A stretch of DNA of 64,000 nt from Candidatus Pelearchaeum maunauluense (GTDB lineage: Archaea > Thermoproteota > Nitrososphaeria_A > Caldarchaeales > Caldarchaeaceae), in contig JANVYQ010000004.1 in NCBI GenBank assembly GCA_030059675.1, positions 1 to 64,000 of the forward strand. Direction: 5' to 3'. Positions within the stretch are counted from its first letter, which is position 1; every line of letters starts with the position of its first letter. A model generated the notes under the pieces. The model saw only the letters and a program-made list of their open reading frames with translations. It did no database searches and was not told where the DNA came from. Both the position numbers and the translations under genes were made by a program. This document shows, one piece after another, positions 48,158 through 58,673 of the stretch.

Positions 48158-49702
48158 TTACTGTGGCTCTATCGTGGATGGCGGCTTGCTGGATATAGCA
48201 TATGCAACCCATGTTACGCCATCCACTTCGTTGGTTATTCTTCTCGCTATTCTATCGAGAAGGCTATGTGGGAGTCTTGCCCAGTCTGCTGTCATCGCAT
48301 CGTCAGAGACTACTGCCCTTACTATTACTATATGGCCGTAGCTCCTCTCGTCTCCCTTAACCCCTGTAGCCATATCATCACCTACTATGGCGAATGCCTG
48401 CCATATCTTGTCAAGAAGCCCCTCGCGCTCCAGCTCTTCCTCAACTATACTGCTCGCCTCCCTGCATATGCGGAGCTTCTCCTCCGTTACCTCGCCTATT
48501 ATCCTCACAGCCAGGCCAGGGCCTGGAAATGGGTGCCGTTTGGCTATCTTATCTGGCACGCCTAGTATAGATGCCAACCGTCTCACCTCGTCTTTGTAAA
48601 GCTCGCGCAGAGGCTCTATAAGCCTGAACCTTAGGTTGGGAGGCAAGCCCCCAACATTGTGATGCGACTTTATCCTTGATGCAGAAGCCCGCGAGACGCC
48701 GCTCTCAATAACATCAGGATATAACGTGCCTTGGGCTAGGTAATCAAATGGTCCGTACTGTTTATTTATCTCCTCAAAGACAGCTGCAAACTCCCTGCCT
48801 ATTATCTTTCTCTTTTCCTCAGGGTCTTTAACTCCTTTAAGCTTTGATAAGAATCTCTCCGAGGCATCTACGTATTTCAGGTTTGGGAGCTTTAGTTGGT
48901 CGCGGTATATCTTAAGAACCTGCTCTGCCTCGCCTTTTCTGAGAAGTCCATGATTGACAAATACGCATGTGAGTCTATCACCGATTGCTTTCTTCACCAG
49001 CACCGCCGTTACTGTTGAATCAACCCCACCACTCAACGCGCATAGAACACGGCCTTCTCCAACCTCTCTGGAAATATTAGAAACCACCTTCTCGGCATAG
49101 TCCTCTATCCTCCAGCTTTTTCCGCATCCACATATATGGAATATGAAGTTCTCTAAGATTTCTTTGCCGTACTGCGTGTGCGATACCTCTGGATGGAATT
49201 GAACACCAAATATTCTGGACTTCTCGTCCTGTACAGCAGCAAACTGCGAGTATTCTGTCTTGGCTATCTGCTTAAACGAGGGGGGTAATGCTGATATTTT
49301 GTCAGAATGGCTCATCCAGACCTCGAAGCTGGTTGGAAGATTTTGAAATAGTGGTGAGTCATCAACTATTTGGATTAGAGTTCTGCCATACTCGCGGTGT
49401 GTGGCCTTCTCAACTCTGCCGCCGAGCTGGTGAGCTATCAGCTGGAGGCCATAGCAGATGCCCAGTATAGGCTTTTCTCCAAGCTTTCGCAAGTCTATGT
49501 GCGGGCTACCATCTCCATAAACACTTGCAGGTCCTCCTGAGAGTATGAATCCCCTAACCTCGTGTATCTCGGTGCTCACATCAACGTCGCTGTATGGGAC
49601 TACTACAGCCTTCACCCCAAGCTCGCGTATCCGTCTGCTAATTAGATGCGCGTACTGCCCGCCAAAATCAATAACTGCTATCTTATCCTCTCTAGCATTC
49701 AT
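48158..49702 (-). CDS. guaA: GMP synthase (fused glutaminase + synthetase)
   Basis: DFGGQY, GICYG.Q, QFHPEV, LSGGVDS, IKSHHNV and KPPSTIE. Confidence 0.97.
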   Translation of the reverse strand: MNAREDKIAVIDFGGQYAHLISRRIRELGVKAVVVPYSDVDVSTEIHEVRGFILSGGPASVYGDGSPHIDLRKLGEKPILGICYGLQLIAHQLGGRVEKATHREYGRTLIQIVDDSPLFQNLPTSFEVWMSHSDKISALPPSFKQIAKTEYSQFAAVQDEKSRIFGVQFHPEVSHTQYGKEILENFIFHICGCGKSWRIEDYAEKVVSNISREVGEGRVLCALSGGVDSTVTAVLVKKAIGDRLTCVFVNHGLLRKGEAEQVLKIYRDQLKLPNLKYVDASERFLSKLKGVKDPEEKRKIIGREFAAVFEEINKQYGPFDYLAQGTLYPDVIESGVSRASASRIKSHHNVGGLPPNLRFRLIEPLRELYKDEVRRLASILGVPDKIAKRHPFPGPGLAVRIIGEVTEEKLRICREASSIVEEELEREGLLDKIWQAFAIVGDDMATGVKGDERSYGHIVIVRAVVSDDAMTADWARLPHSLLDRIARRITNEVDGVTWVAYAISSKPPSTIEPQ

Positions 49703-49719
49703 GGCTTTCCTACATGCTC

Positions 49720-50358
49720 CTAAAGATACTTCAAAGCCTCGCCTAGCTCCACAACGCAGCGACCATCGTCGTATACTTCCGATATTATTATTAGCGGATG
49801 GTAGCGCGATGGAGGAAGTGTTTCTGGAAGAGGATGGCCAGCGAATCTAAAATCAAGTATCGTGAAGCAAGCCTCCACCTCACAGCCACTCTTACGCAAT
49901 AGATTCACAGCATTATCGATGGTGTTGGAGGTTCTCCTAATGTCGTCCACCAGAAGTATTCTGCTAAATTTCGAGACTATTGGCCTGTCTATAAAAAGCT
50001 GAACCGCGCGGTCTTCGGTTATCGATTTACTTTCGGTGCATATGGTCTCTAAAAATATTATTTTCTCAACTTTATGTATGGAGAAGTAGGGTATTCCCAT
50101 TTTAAGCGAGACCGCTACCCCATACTTGGCGCCTGACGTTTCTATAGAAGCCACAGCATCTGGCTTATAACCATGTATGCGGCATTCGTTTGCTATTATC
50201 TCGGAGAGCGCGTTAAGAAGTTGCGGTGCGTTGAAGAGGTTGAGCCATTCTATCCTGAGAATCTTATGATTACCGCGTTGTATTATCTTAACACCATTAC
50301 CCTGTCTGAGGTTCTCGATTGCCTCAGCAAGCGGCGCTGTTGCTGTAATCCTCTCCAT
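49720..50358 (-). CDS. Type I phosphoribosyltransferase (purine PRTase-like)
   Basis: IETSG and PRPP loop ILLVDDIRRTSNT; upstream of guaA. Confidence 0.8.
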   Translation of the reverse strand: MERITATAPLAEAIENLRQGNGVKIIQRGNHKILRIEWLNLFNAPQLLNALSEIIANECRIHGYKPDAVASIETSGAKYGVAVSLKMGIPYFSIHKVEKIIFLETICTESKSITEDRAVQLFIDRPIVSKFSRILLVDDIRRTSNTIDNAVNLLRKSGCEVEACFTILDFRFAGHPLPETLPPSRYHPLIIISEVYDDGRCVVELGEALKYL

Positions 50359-50456
50359 ATTGGCAGTCTTTCAACATGTTTATTTAAATGTTATAGCGAC
50401 CCAGCTATGGCGCTCAACATTTTTAGCTTCTATACCCGTACATAAAAGCGCTGGGC

Positions 50457-51191
50457 ATGGCTTGGCCTTCGGTAGCCGTCGTCATACCAACATACAACGA
50501 GGCTGGAAATATAGAGAATATAATCCGCTCCATTCTTGAGGTTTTTGACTCCAACAAGATAAATGGATACGTAGTCATAGTTGATGATGGAAGCCCTGAT
50601 GGGACAGCAGAGATAGCTAAGAGGCTTGCAGAACACGATGTTAGGATTCACGTTATAAATCGTGGGCGGAAGATGGGTCTCGGTTCTGCCTACCGTGAAG
50701 GCTTTACCTTTGTCATCAAAAACCTTAATGTTGATGCAATAGGGGTTATGGATGCGGACGGCTCTCACGAACCCAGTCTAATACCATCGTTGCTAAGCGA
50801 GATAAAGACGGGGAAAGATGTTGCTATAGCATCTAGATACATCAAAGGCGGGAGATGGTCAGTTGGTCTTTATAGAAAAATAGTAAGTAGGGGTGCTAAT
50901 ATCATAGCACGTATAGCTACAGGAATTAACGCGCGGGATCTCACTTCAGGTTATCGTGTCTATCGTGTATCCACTCTATCTATGACGCGTATGGATGATG
51001 TGGAGCAGGGTTATGTTTTCCAAGTTCAGATGCTCTATAAACTTAAGCAAGTGGGTGCGTCGTTTGCCGAAGTTCCGCTGATTTTCAGGGAGAGGAGGGC
51101 AGGTCGGTCCAAGCTGAGTTTAGGCGAGTATTGGAGGTTTCTCAAATGGTGTTTGAAAATTTTAGCCAGACGGCTGGTGGGGAAGGACTAA
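50457..51191 (+). CDS. GT2 polyprenol-phosphate mannosyltransferase (Dpm1-like)
   Basis: IPTYNE..NI, VDDGSPDGT, GLGSAY..G, MDADGSH, D.TSGYR and G.SKL. Confidence 0.9.
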   Translation: MAWPSVAVVIPTYNEAGNIENIIRSILEVFDSNKINGYVVIVDDGSPDGTAEIAKRLAEHDVRIHVINRGRKMGLGSAYREGFTFVIKNLNVDAIGVMDADGSHEPSLIPSLLSEIKTGKDVAIASRYIKGGRWSVGLYRKIVSRGANIIARIATGINARDLTSGYRVYRVSTLSMTRMDDVEQGYVFQVQMLYKLKQVGASFAEVPLIFRERRAGRSKLSLGEYWRFLKWCLKILARRLVGKD

Positions 51192-51217
51192 ATCATAAGA
51201 CACTGCACTAAATATGG

Positions 51218-52207
51218 ATGTCCATAGGTGGAGGTTCATCCACGCTCAGCGATGTGGGCGAGGATTGGGTGTTAGCATACATCCAGCGTAGGCTAGGCGC
51301 TCCACATTCTCCTTTGCTGGGCAGGGGTGATGATGCCACAGCATTTAGGTATAGCGGCGTACTGGTGCTCTCAACGGACATGCTTGTGGAGGATACTGAC
51401 GTTCCCCCAGGGATGTCATGGGAGCAGGTGGGGCGTAAAGCTGTTGTGGCTGTTGTGAGCGACCTGGCCGCCAAGGGCGCAGAACCACTCTACATCCTCA
51501 CAAGCCTAGGCCTCAAGCCCAGTATGTTGATTCAGGAGTTTGAAGAACTTTGGCGCGGTCTGGAGACTGGTTGCAGGGAGTATGGGATAAGCATAGTGGG
51601 TGGAGACACGAATCAATGCGACAGCGTAGTAATATCCGTGGCTGGTGTGGGGAGAGCCGATAATGGTCTCATACCGCGCTCAGGGGCTAGGCCAGGAGAT
51701 ATACTCGCCACTACTGGCATGTTTGGAGAGACGGCGGCAGGACTTCATGCTCTCCTCAACAACATACGTGAGAATTATGGGCTTATTGAAAGCGTGCTGA
51801 ACCCGCGGGCGCGTCTCAAAGAGGGCCGCGAGCTGGCAAGGTCTGGTGTTGTCTCGTCGTGCATAGACTCCAGCGACGGTCTGGCAAGGTCTCTCATACA
51901 ACTCGCCAACGCCAGCAGGGTTGGTTTTGAGATAGATAACATCCCAGTAAGTGAGGCTGTTGAGAGGTACGCCGCCGATAACAGGCTAGACCCCCTAAGC
52001 CTAGCGCTATACGGGGGAGAGGAGTATGAGCTGGTCTTCACAGTTAAGCAAGACGGTATTGATATGCTCAGCAGACGTTTAGCCGCTATGGGGTCTCGCC
52101 TAATAATACTGGGCCGTGTAATAGAGGATGCTGGTGTAATCAGGGCATACTATAGGGGAAAGTGGCATGATGTAATAGAAGGAGGTTGGGAACACTTCAA
52201 ACGTTAA
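51218..52207 (+). CDS. thiL: Thiamine-monophosphate kinase
   Basis: GDDA, STDML, SDLAAKGA.P, GGDT, RSGA.PGD, IDSSDGL and GGEEYEL. Confidence 0.95.
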   Translation: MSIGGGSSTLSDVGEDWVLAYIQRRLGAPHSPLLGRGDDATAFRYSGVLVLSTDMLVEDTDVPPGMSWEQVGRKAVVAVVSDLAAKGAEPLYILTSLGLKPSMLIQEFEELWRGLETGCREYGISIVGGDTNQCDSVVISVAGVGRADNGLIPRSGARPGDILATTGMFGETAAGLHALLNNIRENYGLIESVLNPRARLKEGRELARSGVVSSCIDSSDGLARSLIQLANASRVGFEIDNIPVSEAVERYAADNRLDPLSLALYGGEEYELVFTVKQDGIDMLSRRLAAMGSRLIILGRVIEDAGVIRAYYRGKWHDVIEGGWEHFKR

Positions 52208-52775
52208 ACACTTCTCGATGCTTATGCTTTAGGTAGAGGAGAGCCGCTATGGTCTTTGCATCAATTATCTCTCCCTTCTCAATCATAGCCAACGCCTCCT
52301 CTACTCTAGCCTTTAGCAGGGTTATATGCTCATCAACGTCGGGGCTGGCTGTTGAGCGCTCAAGCTCATAAGCGATGAAAAGATGGATTCTCTCGGTGCT
52401 ATATCCAGGAGCTAGAAAGAATTCTGTAATCTTCTCAATCTTGCCAGCCTTATAGCCTGTTTCCTCCTCAAGCTCCCTCATCGCGCAGTTTTCTGGTGAT
52501 TCTCCTTCCTCTAGGGTGCCTGCGGGAATCTCAACTAGGTATCTCCCCGCTGGGTATCTGAACTGCCTGACTAGGAGAAGCTCGCCAGCGCCGGTCATAG
52601 CTATTATAGCGACAGCCCCAGGATGAACCACAACCTCCCTAACATACTCACGAGAGCCGTGGCGAACTCTATCGCGGACAACGCTAAACACCCTACCGCG
52701 GAATACAACCTCAGAAGATATCGTCTCCTCAGGCTTATCCATACAGCCCAATCCATATAACCAGCTCTTATCCAT
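52197..52775 (-). CDS. NUDIX hydrolase (ADP-ribose pyrophosphatase-like)
   Basis: HPGAV, RQFRYP, EIPAG..E.GE......RELEEETG and DAKT. Confidence 0.92.
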   Translation of the reverse strand: MDKSWLYGLGCMDKPEETISSEVVFRGRVFSVVRDRVRHGSREYVREVVVHPGAVAIIAMTGAGELLLVRQFRYPAGRYLVEIPAGTLEEGESPENCAMRELEEETGYKAGKIEKITEFFLAPGYSTERIHLFIAYELERSTASPDVDEHITLLKARVEEALAMIEKGEIIDAKTIAALLYLKHKHREVFNV

Positions 52776-52785
52776 ATCTAGACAG

Positions 52786-53208
52786 GTGGAATACGGGTTG
52801 TCGTCACACGTGGATGAATGGCTGTCTCATACCCTCAGGCATATTAACGATAGCCTGCCTAGGCGGGTTGAGCGGCTCTCGCGCCTCCTAGAGATGGACG
52901 AGCCATACGTAGAAACTGTCGGAGGATGGAAACACTTCTTCAACAAGAAAGAACTCCAACAAATCAAGAAAATACTACCGGAAACAGTGGCCGAACGGCT
53001 CTACCTACCATTCGTTTTCGTAAAAAACCACGAATCAGAAGAACCCTTCTACATAATAAGAGAACACGGCTCAGAGGCCGAAGCCTTCAGAATGATCATG
53101 GGACTAGCCGAACTACCCAAAACAAGTGGAAAACCATATACATACAAAATACTGGTCGCAGAATTCTTGAATAGATTCCCCTCACTAGGCGTAATGGGCT
53201 ACATATGA
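52786..53208 (+). CDS. Archaeal conserved protein (DUF61-like)
   Basis: IN..LP.....L..LL....P......G..H.F...EL pattern. Confidence 0.7.
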   Translation: MEYGLSSHVDEWLSHTLRHINDSLPRRVERLSRLLEMDEPYVETVGGWKHFFNKKELQQIKKILPETVAERLYLPFVFVKNHESEEPFYIIREHGSEAEAFRMIMGLAELPKTSGKPYTYKILVAEFLNRFPSLGVMGYI

Positions 53209-53210
53209 GG

Positions 53211-53285
53211 TGGGCCGGGCCGGATTTGAACCGGCGACCTCCCGGTTATCAGCCGAGCGCTCTAACCAAGCTGAGCCACCGGCCC
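53211..53285 (-). tRNA. tRNA-Ile(GAU)
   Basis: GGGCCGG/CCGGCCC acceptor stem, anticodon loop CTGATAA, GGTTCAAAT T-loop. Confidence 0.95.
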
Positions 53286-53467
53286 CGTTGCTCTATATCG
53301 CGTCCGAAAAGGGAGCGTATAAATCGTTTCCCGTCCCATTATCACCATCTTGTCCAAGGCTATCTATAGGGTTTGCTATTGCCGCTACAGAGTGGCATGA
53401 TTATATTGCTGTGAATACTTAATAGATAGTAGCCCGATTATGACGTGCGTCATGTGGAGTTTAATTT

Positions 53468-55641
53468 ATGGTTAGCAGAAATTATAGCAGGGAAGGACGA
53501 AGGCCCGCTAGGTGGGCCAAGCTCTTATTGGCAGTGGTTTTCGGTGTTACAATCTTAATAACGATAGGCCAGATAGTATCGTTCTGGTTTAACATTATAG
53601 AGTTTAGAGACCTTTTCGTAAGGCCTATATACTACTCGCTGGTAGTTGGCTTTATCCTATCGTTCATAGCCTTGTTTAGGCTGGATTTTAGAAATCGCCG
53701 TTCAGTAACTTGGTAGAGCGCGCGAGTGCTTCTGGGTTTTCTTAGAAGGGATGTGGAATCAGGTAGGGTTGAGCATGTAGATTTCGGCAAATACAAGCTT
53801 AGCCCAACGAGATTCATCATGTGGCAGCTTACCAAGCTCATCCTAGGTATCTTTCTATTCAGCAATCTCTTCTTCGGTCTCTCCATGGTGGGGATGTCCG
53901 CAGGATGGAATCCAGAGCTTGAAAAACTATGGGGAATATTCTTTCTACCCTTTACAACACCTTTGGAGATGAGCTATGCCCAGAACACGGTTAATCCCCT
54001 ACGTGGATTTCCAAGACTCGGATATTATACGCTTCAACGGCAGCCTCTACTGGAGCGCCTCAATGAAGCCAGTCTTACCCACGACAGTCCGCGCAGAAGA
54101 TAGATGGTATGCAGGGCATTTAGTCTATACCCACGTCCCCAACGGCTTCCTACTACTTGACGGCTATGCGGGTACGGTAATAGATACCTAGCTCTTCTTC
54201 AAGCAGCGGCGCATATACTATGGTGAAGGTGGCTTATTCCAAGAGACGTGGGCTGCATACCCAGTTGGCCGCGAAACCAGCGATGAGCTTGAAGGCTTCT
54301 TCTACACGGGCTCTGGGGGATAAGCATACAGCCACCCCTCAGCTGGGTTTTTGAGCCAAGTTTCCTACTATCCTATCCGGACAGGACTATCCACGCCCTA
54401 CGTTATCGCGATGTTTATGACAGAATGCAGCTCCTCTTCCCCTACTTCCTATACGAATTCGGAGGCCAGCGCATAGACATGCTCCCCGTAACAGACGGCT
54501 AGAATACTTACTGGATCATGCCACTCATGTTCGGGGTAGAAGCCAGCAACGTCCCCTGGAGCGGAGGAAACCCGATAATACGGCTAGTGGGATACGCGCT
54601 CATAGCACGTTCAACGGCGACATACAACTAATCATAACAGGAGACGACTTCTTCAGCAAGCTCTTCAAAACAGTCTATTCAGACTATGTTGCAACAGAGA
54701 TACCTGAATGGCTTGGAAGCCAGCTGCGCTATCCAGAGGAGCTGTTCAACTGGCGGGTCTATATGTTTGGGTTCCTTCCATGTAACCGACCCCAGCACAT
54801 TCATAGCGGCCAAGGAGTTTTATGAGGTTCCGCGTGGTTTATCGCCATACTACATAATAGCCCAGCCTCCCCTGCTTGATAAGCCTGAATTCGTCGGGCT
54901 ACTATCGCTAGAGCTACGCGGTGCCGCTGGTAAAAATCTTGCTGGATACATGATTGTGCGGAACGATGAGCCGAACTTTGGAGAACTAATCTTCTACGAG
55001 GTGGCTCTTGACTCGCCTACCAAATTCCTAGGCCCAAGCGCGGTCTTAGAGGCTCTAGAGAGAAATCCAGACTTTACTACGCTGAGAACATTATTGAGAA
55101 ACCCACGAATAGGAGATAACATACTTTACAGGATAGGAGACTACGTGTTTATTTCATCCCCGTGTACACAGCTGGTGCTGGCGGGGTTGTGGCAGAGCTG
55201 GGCGCGATAGCTGCCGTAGGCGCCACATTCACAGGAGAATACTACGTTGGTCTTGGGAAAGGAAACTCTCCAGAGGAAGGTTTTAGAGCCTTTCTGATAA
55301 AACTCGGAGGAGTAGAGGAGATTCAGCCAAAACCCGGGCTGGGACGCGAGGAGAGGATAAAGAGGATGGAATCACTGATAGAGGATTCTGGATTGCAGAT
55401 AGCAAGGCCAACTAAGGTGGCTGCCCTATTCACATACATGGAGGGCTCAGCTAACTTCATAACGGAAGACGACTGGGAAGACGTCAAAGCGCTTCTCAAC
55501 TCATTCCTAGAGGAATGGGGAACGGCCAACAACATAAATAGAGTAATCGTATGGGCCGAAGGTGATTCAATAAACTTTGGAATAGCCATAGTTGTTGATG
55601 GAATAGCAGAACTCCACTACATAAGCATCAACTTCGGATAG
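53468..55641 (+). pseudogene. UPF0182-family membrane protein, multiply disrupted
   Basis: Fragments HLVYTH, RIYYGE, RYPEELF, FHVTDP..F, NLAGYM and RIG.N.L in shifting frames; TAG at 53714, 54189 and 54500; frameshifts near 54000, 54315, 54610, 54770 and 55145. Confidence 0.8.
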
Positions 55642-55647
55642 GCATAA

Positions 55648-55722
55648 CGGGCCCGGTGGGACTTGAACCCACGACCTTCGGCTCCGGAGGCCGACGCCCT
55701 ATCCATTCTAGGCTACGGGCCC
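55648..55722 (-). tRNA. tRNA-Arg(CCG)
   Basis: GGGCCCG/CGGGCCC acceptor stem, anticodon arm TCGGC-CTCCGGA-GCCGA, GGTTCAAGT T-loop. Confidence 0.95.
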
Positions 55723-55790
55723 TCCTCGAGAAGGGAGTTTCCAGCGTTTTCTAGTCTTATGGTGTGATAAAAACTTGTAATATGAGCGTT

Positions 55791-56150
55791 TCATGACCTT
55801 ATGCTATTCTTTAACTCACTTACCTTCTCAAACAGTCTGGTTATAGTTTCCTGTGGTGTGTGGGGCTTTAAGCCTACTGCTATCACTATATCTCTGGCGG
55901 GGAAGAGTATGGCCTGTCCTTTTGAGAAGCTAAACCAAAAGAAGCGTGCCTCACCGTATCTCTCCTCAAGTTTTTCCACCGTGCCGCGCATTATTATAGT
56001 AAGAAATCATGAAGTGCTCCGTAGGTGTTTCTGAAGTTATAGGTATTCGAGACTCAGCCGCCACAGTCTCGCCCTTAGGATAAGTGATTATTGCGGCAAC
56101 ATCAATATCACTGCCTACATGCAGCAGTTCGTTACATACTGTTTTCCAAG
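55791..56150 (-). pseudogene. Roadblock/profilin-like small protein, frameshifted
   Basis: WKTVCNELLHVGSDIDVAAIITYPKGETVA in one frame; MRGTVEKLEERYGEARFFWFSFSKGQAILFP..DIVIAVGL in another. Confidence 0.5.
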
Positions 56151-56199
56151 CTCCTTACCAACCACGGCCAGACCAAGTTGTTTAATCACTTTATTGGTT

Positions 56200-56445
56200 T
56201 TAGACTTTAACGGTGAACATAGTTTTGTTGACGTGAGGTTTACCTCGGTTAAAATCCATAGCTTCTTGAATAGTCTGTCAAAAAATTCTTCACGCGCCTC
56301 CTCTCTAACGGCTACAACAACATCCCACGTCATAGGGCCCCCATATCAGGTATGCCTCCTTTACTATGTTTGAGCCGCGTACTGCTTAGAGCGCTTCTAG
56401 TAAGCCGCTGCGCGTACCAACCGTAGCTAGTACAAACGCCTTCAT
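56200..56445 (-). pseudogene. Lrp/AsnC ligand-binding (RAM) domain gene, disrupted
   Basis: MKAFVL...AL*AVRGSNIVKEAYLIWGPYD, then a frameshift to VVVAVRE...KLW.L.EV..TST; 3' boundary approximate. Confidence 0.7.
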
Positions 56446-56688
56446 GAATGTCCTAACATATGTGGGCTGGTATGATTTAAGACTTCAGCGCCGATTATCT
56501 TTTTAGTCTAGGCGAATATGTTGGACGAGAAATATGTACTAATGGATACACTTTGGTTAATTTTTCTATAAATCGCATACCCCTCAATACTGAACGGTGT
56601 AGTATATCTGGGATTTACGCGTATGATTTTAAACCTCTCGGAATCGCGAGATTTTTTAACATGCTCTACATCTCTATCAGTCTTGAAT

Positions 56689-57417
56689 ATGCCATTGACA
56701 AAATCACGCCAGCAAAATGTTGATACTTCCACAAGCCTTTTCGTGGTTGAGCTTTTAAAGCTTATGAAGTCAAGGTATGATTATCGCGAGCTTTCCAAGA
56801 TAACTGGATTACCCATATCCACCCTAACTAGGTATGTAACTAACAAGACCCTGCCACGCGGAGCTAAGACGCGCGAGCTACTAAACCGTTTGATAGAAGA
56901 CTTGGATATACCCTCCATGGTCAGGGAGAGAATACGGATGAATAACGGATTTGTTGATATAACACCGGTCATTACTGATGGCTCTTTGCTTAAACTCATA
57001 ACCTTACACGCTGTTCATGGTTTTGCTGGCTCTAAGATTACTGGAGTAATATCGTTGGATGAGGCTGGAATACCGATAGCAACATGCATAGGCCTTATGA
57101 TGGATAGAAAGATATTCTACGTGAGTGATAAGCTTGTGTGGGATGCTGATGAGGCTTTGCAGCTCACTTACTACGTAAAGGAGGCGGCCGAATATAAGTC
57201 GGTTTGGCTCCCACGCAGCGCAATAAACAAAAAAGAGAATCTTCTCGCTGTTGTTGGTGTTCTCAAGCAGCCTGCCCTGATAAGAGAACTTAACTCCAGG
57301 ATTATAGAGGCTGGAGGAACTATCTCAGGTCTCTTCAGCGTAGTAGCCCTTGAGAATGCCTTAGCAGAGCTCAGTCTGGTCTCGGCTGGTAGGAGAATAA
57401 GCTTACTTACAGTCTAG
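56689..57417 (+). CDS. HTH + degenerate phosphoribosyltransferase-fold protein (PurR-like regulator)
   Basis: YRELSKITGLPISTLTRYV...LP HTH followed by a PRTase fold (GIPIA); the PRPP loop lacks its DD. Confidence 0.75.
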   Translation: MPLTKSRQQNVDTSTSLFVVELLKLMKSRYDYRELSKITGLPISTLTRYVTNKTLPRGAKTRELLNRLIEDLDIPSMVRERIRMNNGFVDITPVITDGSLLKLITLHAVHGFAGSKITGVISLDEAGIPIATCIGLMMDRKIFYVSDKLVWDADEALQLTYYVKEAAEYKSVWLPRSAINKKENLLAVVGVLKQPALIRELNSRIIEAGGTISGLFSVVALENALAELSLVSAGRRISLLTV

Positions 57418-57749
57418 GCATATTCACGCCACGTATGATTGCAGCGGACACATCTAAAGAACTGCGTCATAGGCTCGTCTGCTGAGCGAGTCTGAACTGA
57501 CCACCAGTAAGCCTCGTTATGGCCGCATTCTGGGCAAATTACGTCAGATGTGGTTGGTAAAACCTTCTCGTTAGAATTCTCACTAACCACAACTACATCG
57601 TTTCTTTCCTTCTTGCTGCTGGATTTGGAGACAATCTGTAGCTGTGCCTCAAGGGGTTTGACATATCCGCATTTCCTGCATGTTAAAACTACTTGTCCCT
57701 CCTTCTTTGATGGTGAGAGAACCTTACCACAGTTGGGACAGAACTCCAT
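57414..57749 (-). CDS. tfs: Transcription factor S (TFS/RpoM)
   Basis: MEFCPNCG and CPECG...AYWW..QTRSADEPMT.FFRC..C.HTWREY. Confidence 0.95.
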   Translation of the reverse strand: MEFCPNCGKVLSPSKKEGQVVLTCRKCGYVKPLEAQLQIVSKSSSKKERNDVVVVSENSNEKVLPTTSDVICPECGHNEAYWWSVQTRSADEPMTQFFRCVRCNHTWREYA

Positions 57750-57828
57750 TACTCAGCCACCCGACCTTGCTATTCCTATAGCTCACGGCTCAGCGTTCAA
57801 AGCCTCATTTAAACATTTGCAACAGCAA

Positions 57829-58110
57829 CTATAGTTTTTGTACTTCCTCTTGAATACTCGCCACAAAGTCGCGAAGGTTCTTAAGCGCGTCAAGCACGGC
57901 CCTACGCGCTGTTGGCTTTCCACGCGTCTTAACGGTGAGCGTTATGTCTCCCGTAAGTGGATGTTCAATTCTATAACCAGCATACTCTACGCCGTCTATT
58001 CTGTTAATATACTCTGATAATGAGTCTATTATTGAAGCATCCTCCTCTTGTATCAGCAGCTCTATAAAATCATCCCTCTCCTGCACTATCCGCATCTTCA
58101 TACTCCCCAC
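57829..58110 (-). CDS. rpoL: RNA polymerase subunit L (Rpo11)
   Basis: GVEYAGYRIEHPL motif; csl4-rpoL-tfs synteny. Confidence 0.9.
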   Translation of the reverse strand: MGSMKMRIVQERDDFIELLIQEEDASIIDSLSEYINRIDGVEYAGYRIEHPLTGDITLTVKTRGKPTARRAVLDALKNLRDFVASIQEEVQKL

Positions 58111-58673
58111 CCCATAATCTGGAACAATTTATTGATATTTCCATAGTCATGTGTTATTCTCCTGCTTTCCTTCCTACCGCATCTAGAGCATACTAGAGAG
58201 TTGCCCTTAAGGAGCAGCGTTGCCCTACAGTAGCTGCACATAGCGAGAATTACCCCGCAGCTAGGGGCATAAATATCAAGCGTATACATTCCGTTTAATA
58301 TGTTTGACACTAAGGCTATTATTATGTCGCCTATTCCTATAGCGTTGTCTAGCGGCTCGCCCTTCTTACTTACCACTACCGCTGTGCGGCGATACTTTAA
58401 TGGGCCTGAGTTGGGCTTGGCTATTATTTGAACCACCGCTATCTTGTCTTGCAGGTCCTTAACCTCCGCGACCACGTGCTCGCCTTTTCTTACGTTCTCT
58501 ACTTTCTTGAACGGGCTTACCAGTACTTCCCGCTTCTTGAAGTCAAAGCTCGGCTTACCTACGTAGATCGAGTATATGCTTCCGTCGTTGGATGCTTTAG
58601 TCCCCTTACCTGGGAAGAATTCCTCTATTATGCAGAGCGGCTCTCCAGGAACCACCACCTCCTCACGCTTCAT
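58098..58673 (-). CDS. csl4: Exosome subunit Csl4
   Basis: VVPGE.L..IEEF.PG.GT, S1 domain and GVI.A.CS.C...L....CSRCG..E.R zinc ribbon. Confidence 0.9.
   Translation of the reverse strand: MKREEVVVPGEPLCIIEEFFPGKGTKASNDGSIYSIYVGKPSFDFKKREVLVSPFKKVENVRKGEHVVAEVKDLQDKIAVVQIIAKPNSGPLKYRRTAVVVSKKGEPLDNAIGIGDIIIALVSNILNGMYTLDIYAPSCGVILAMCSYCRATLLLKGNSLVCSRCGRKESRRITHDYGNINKLFQIMGWGV

Noticed and set aside
53210-53422. 70-aa ORF
   Set aside because: Antisense translation of tRNA-Ile.
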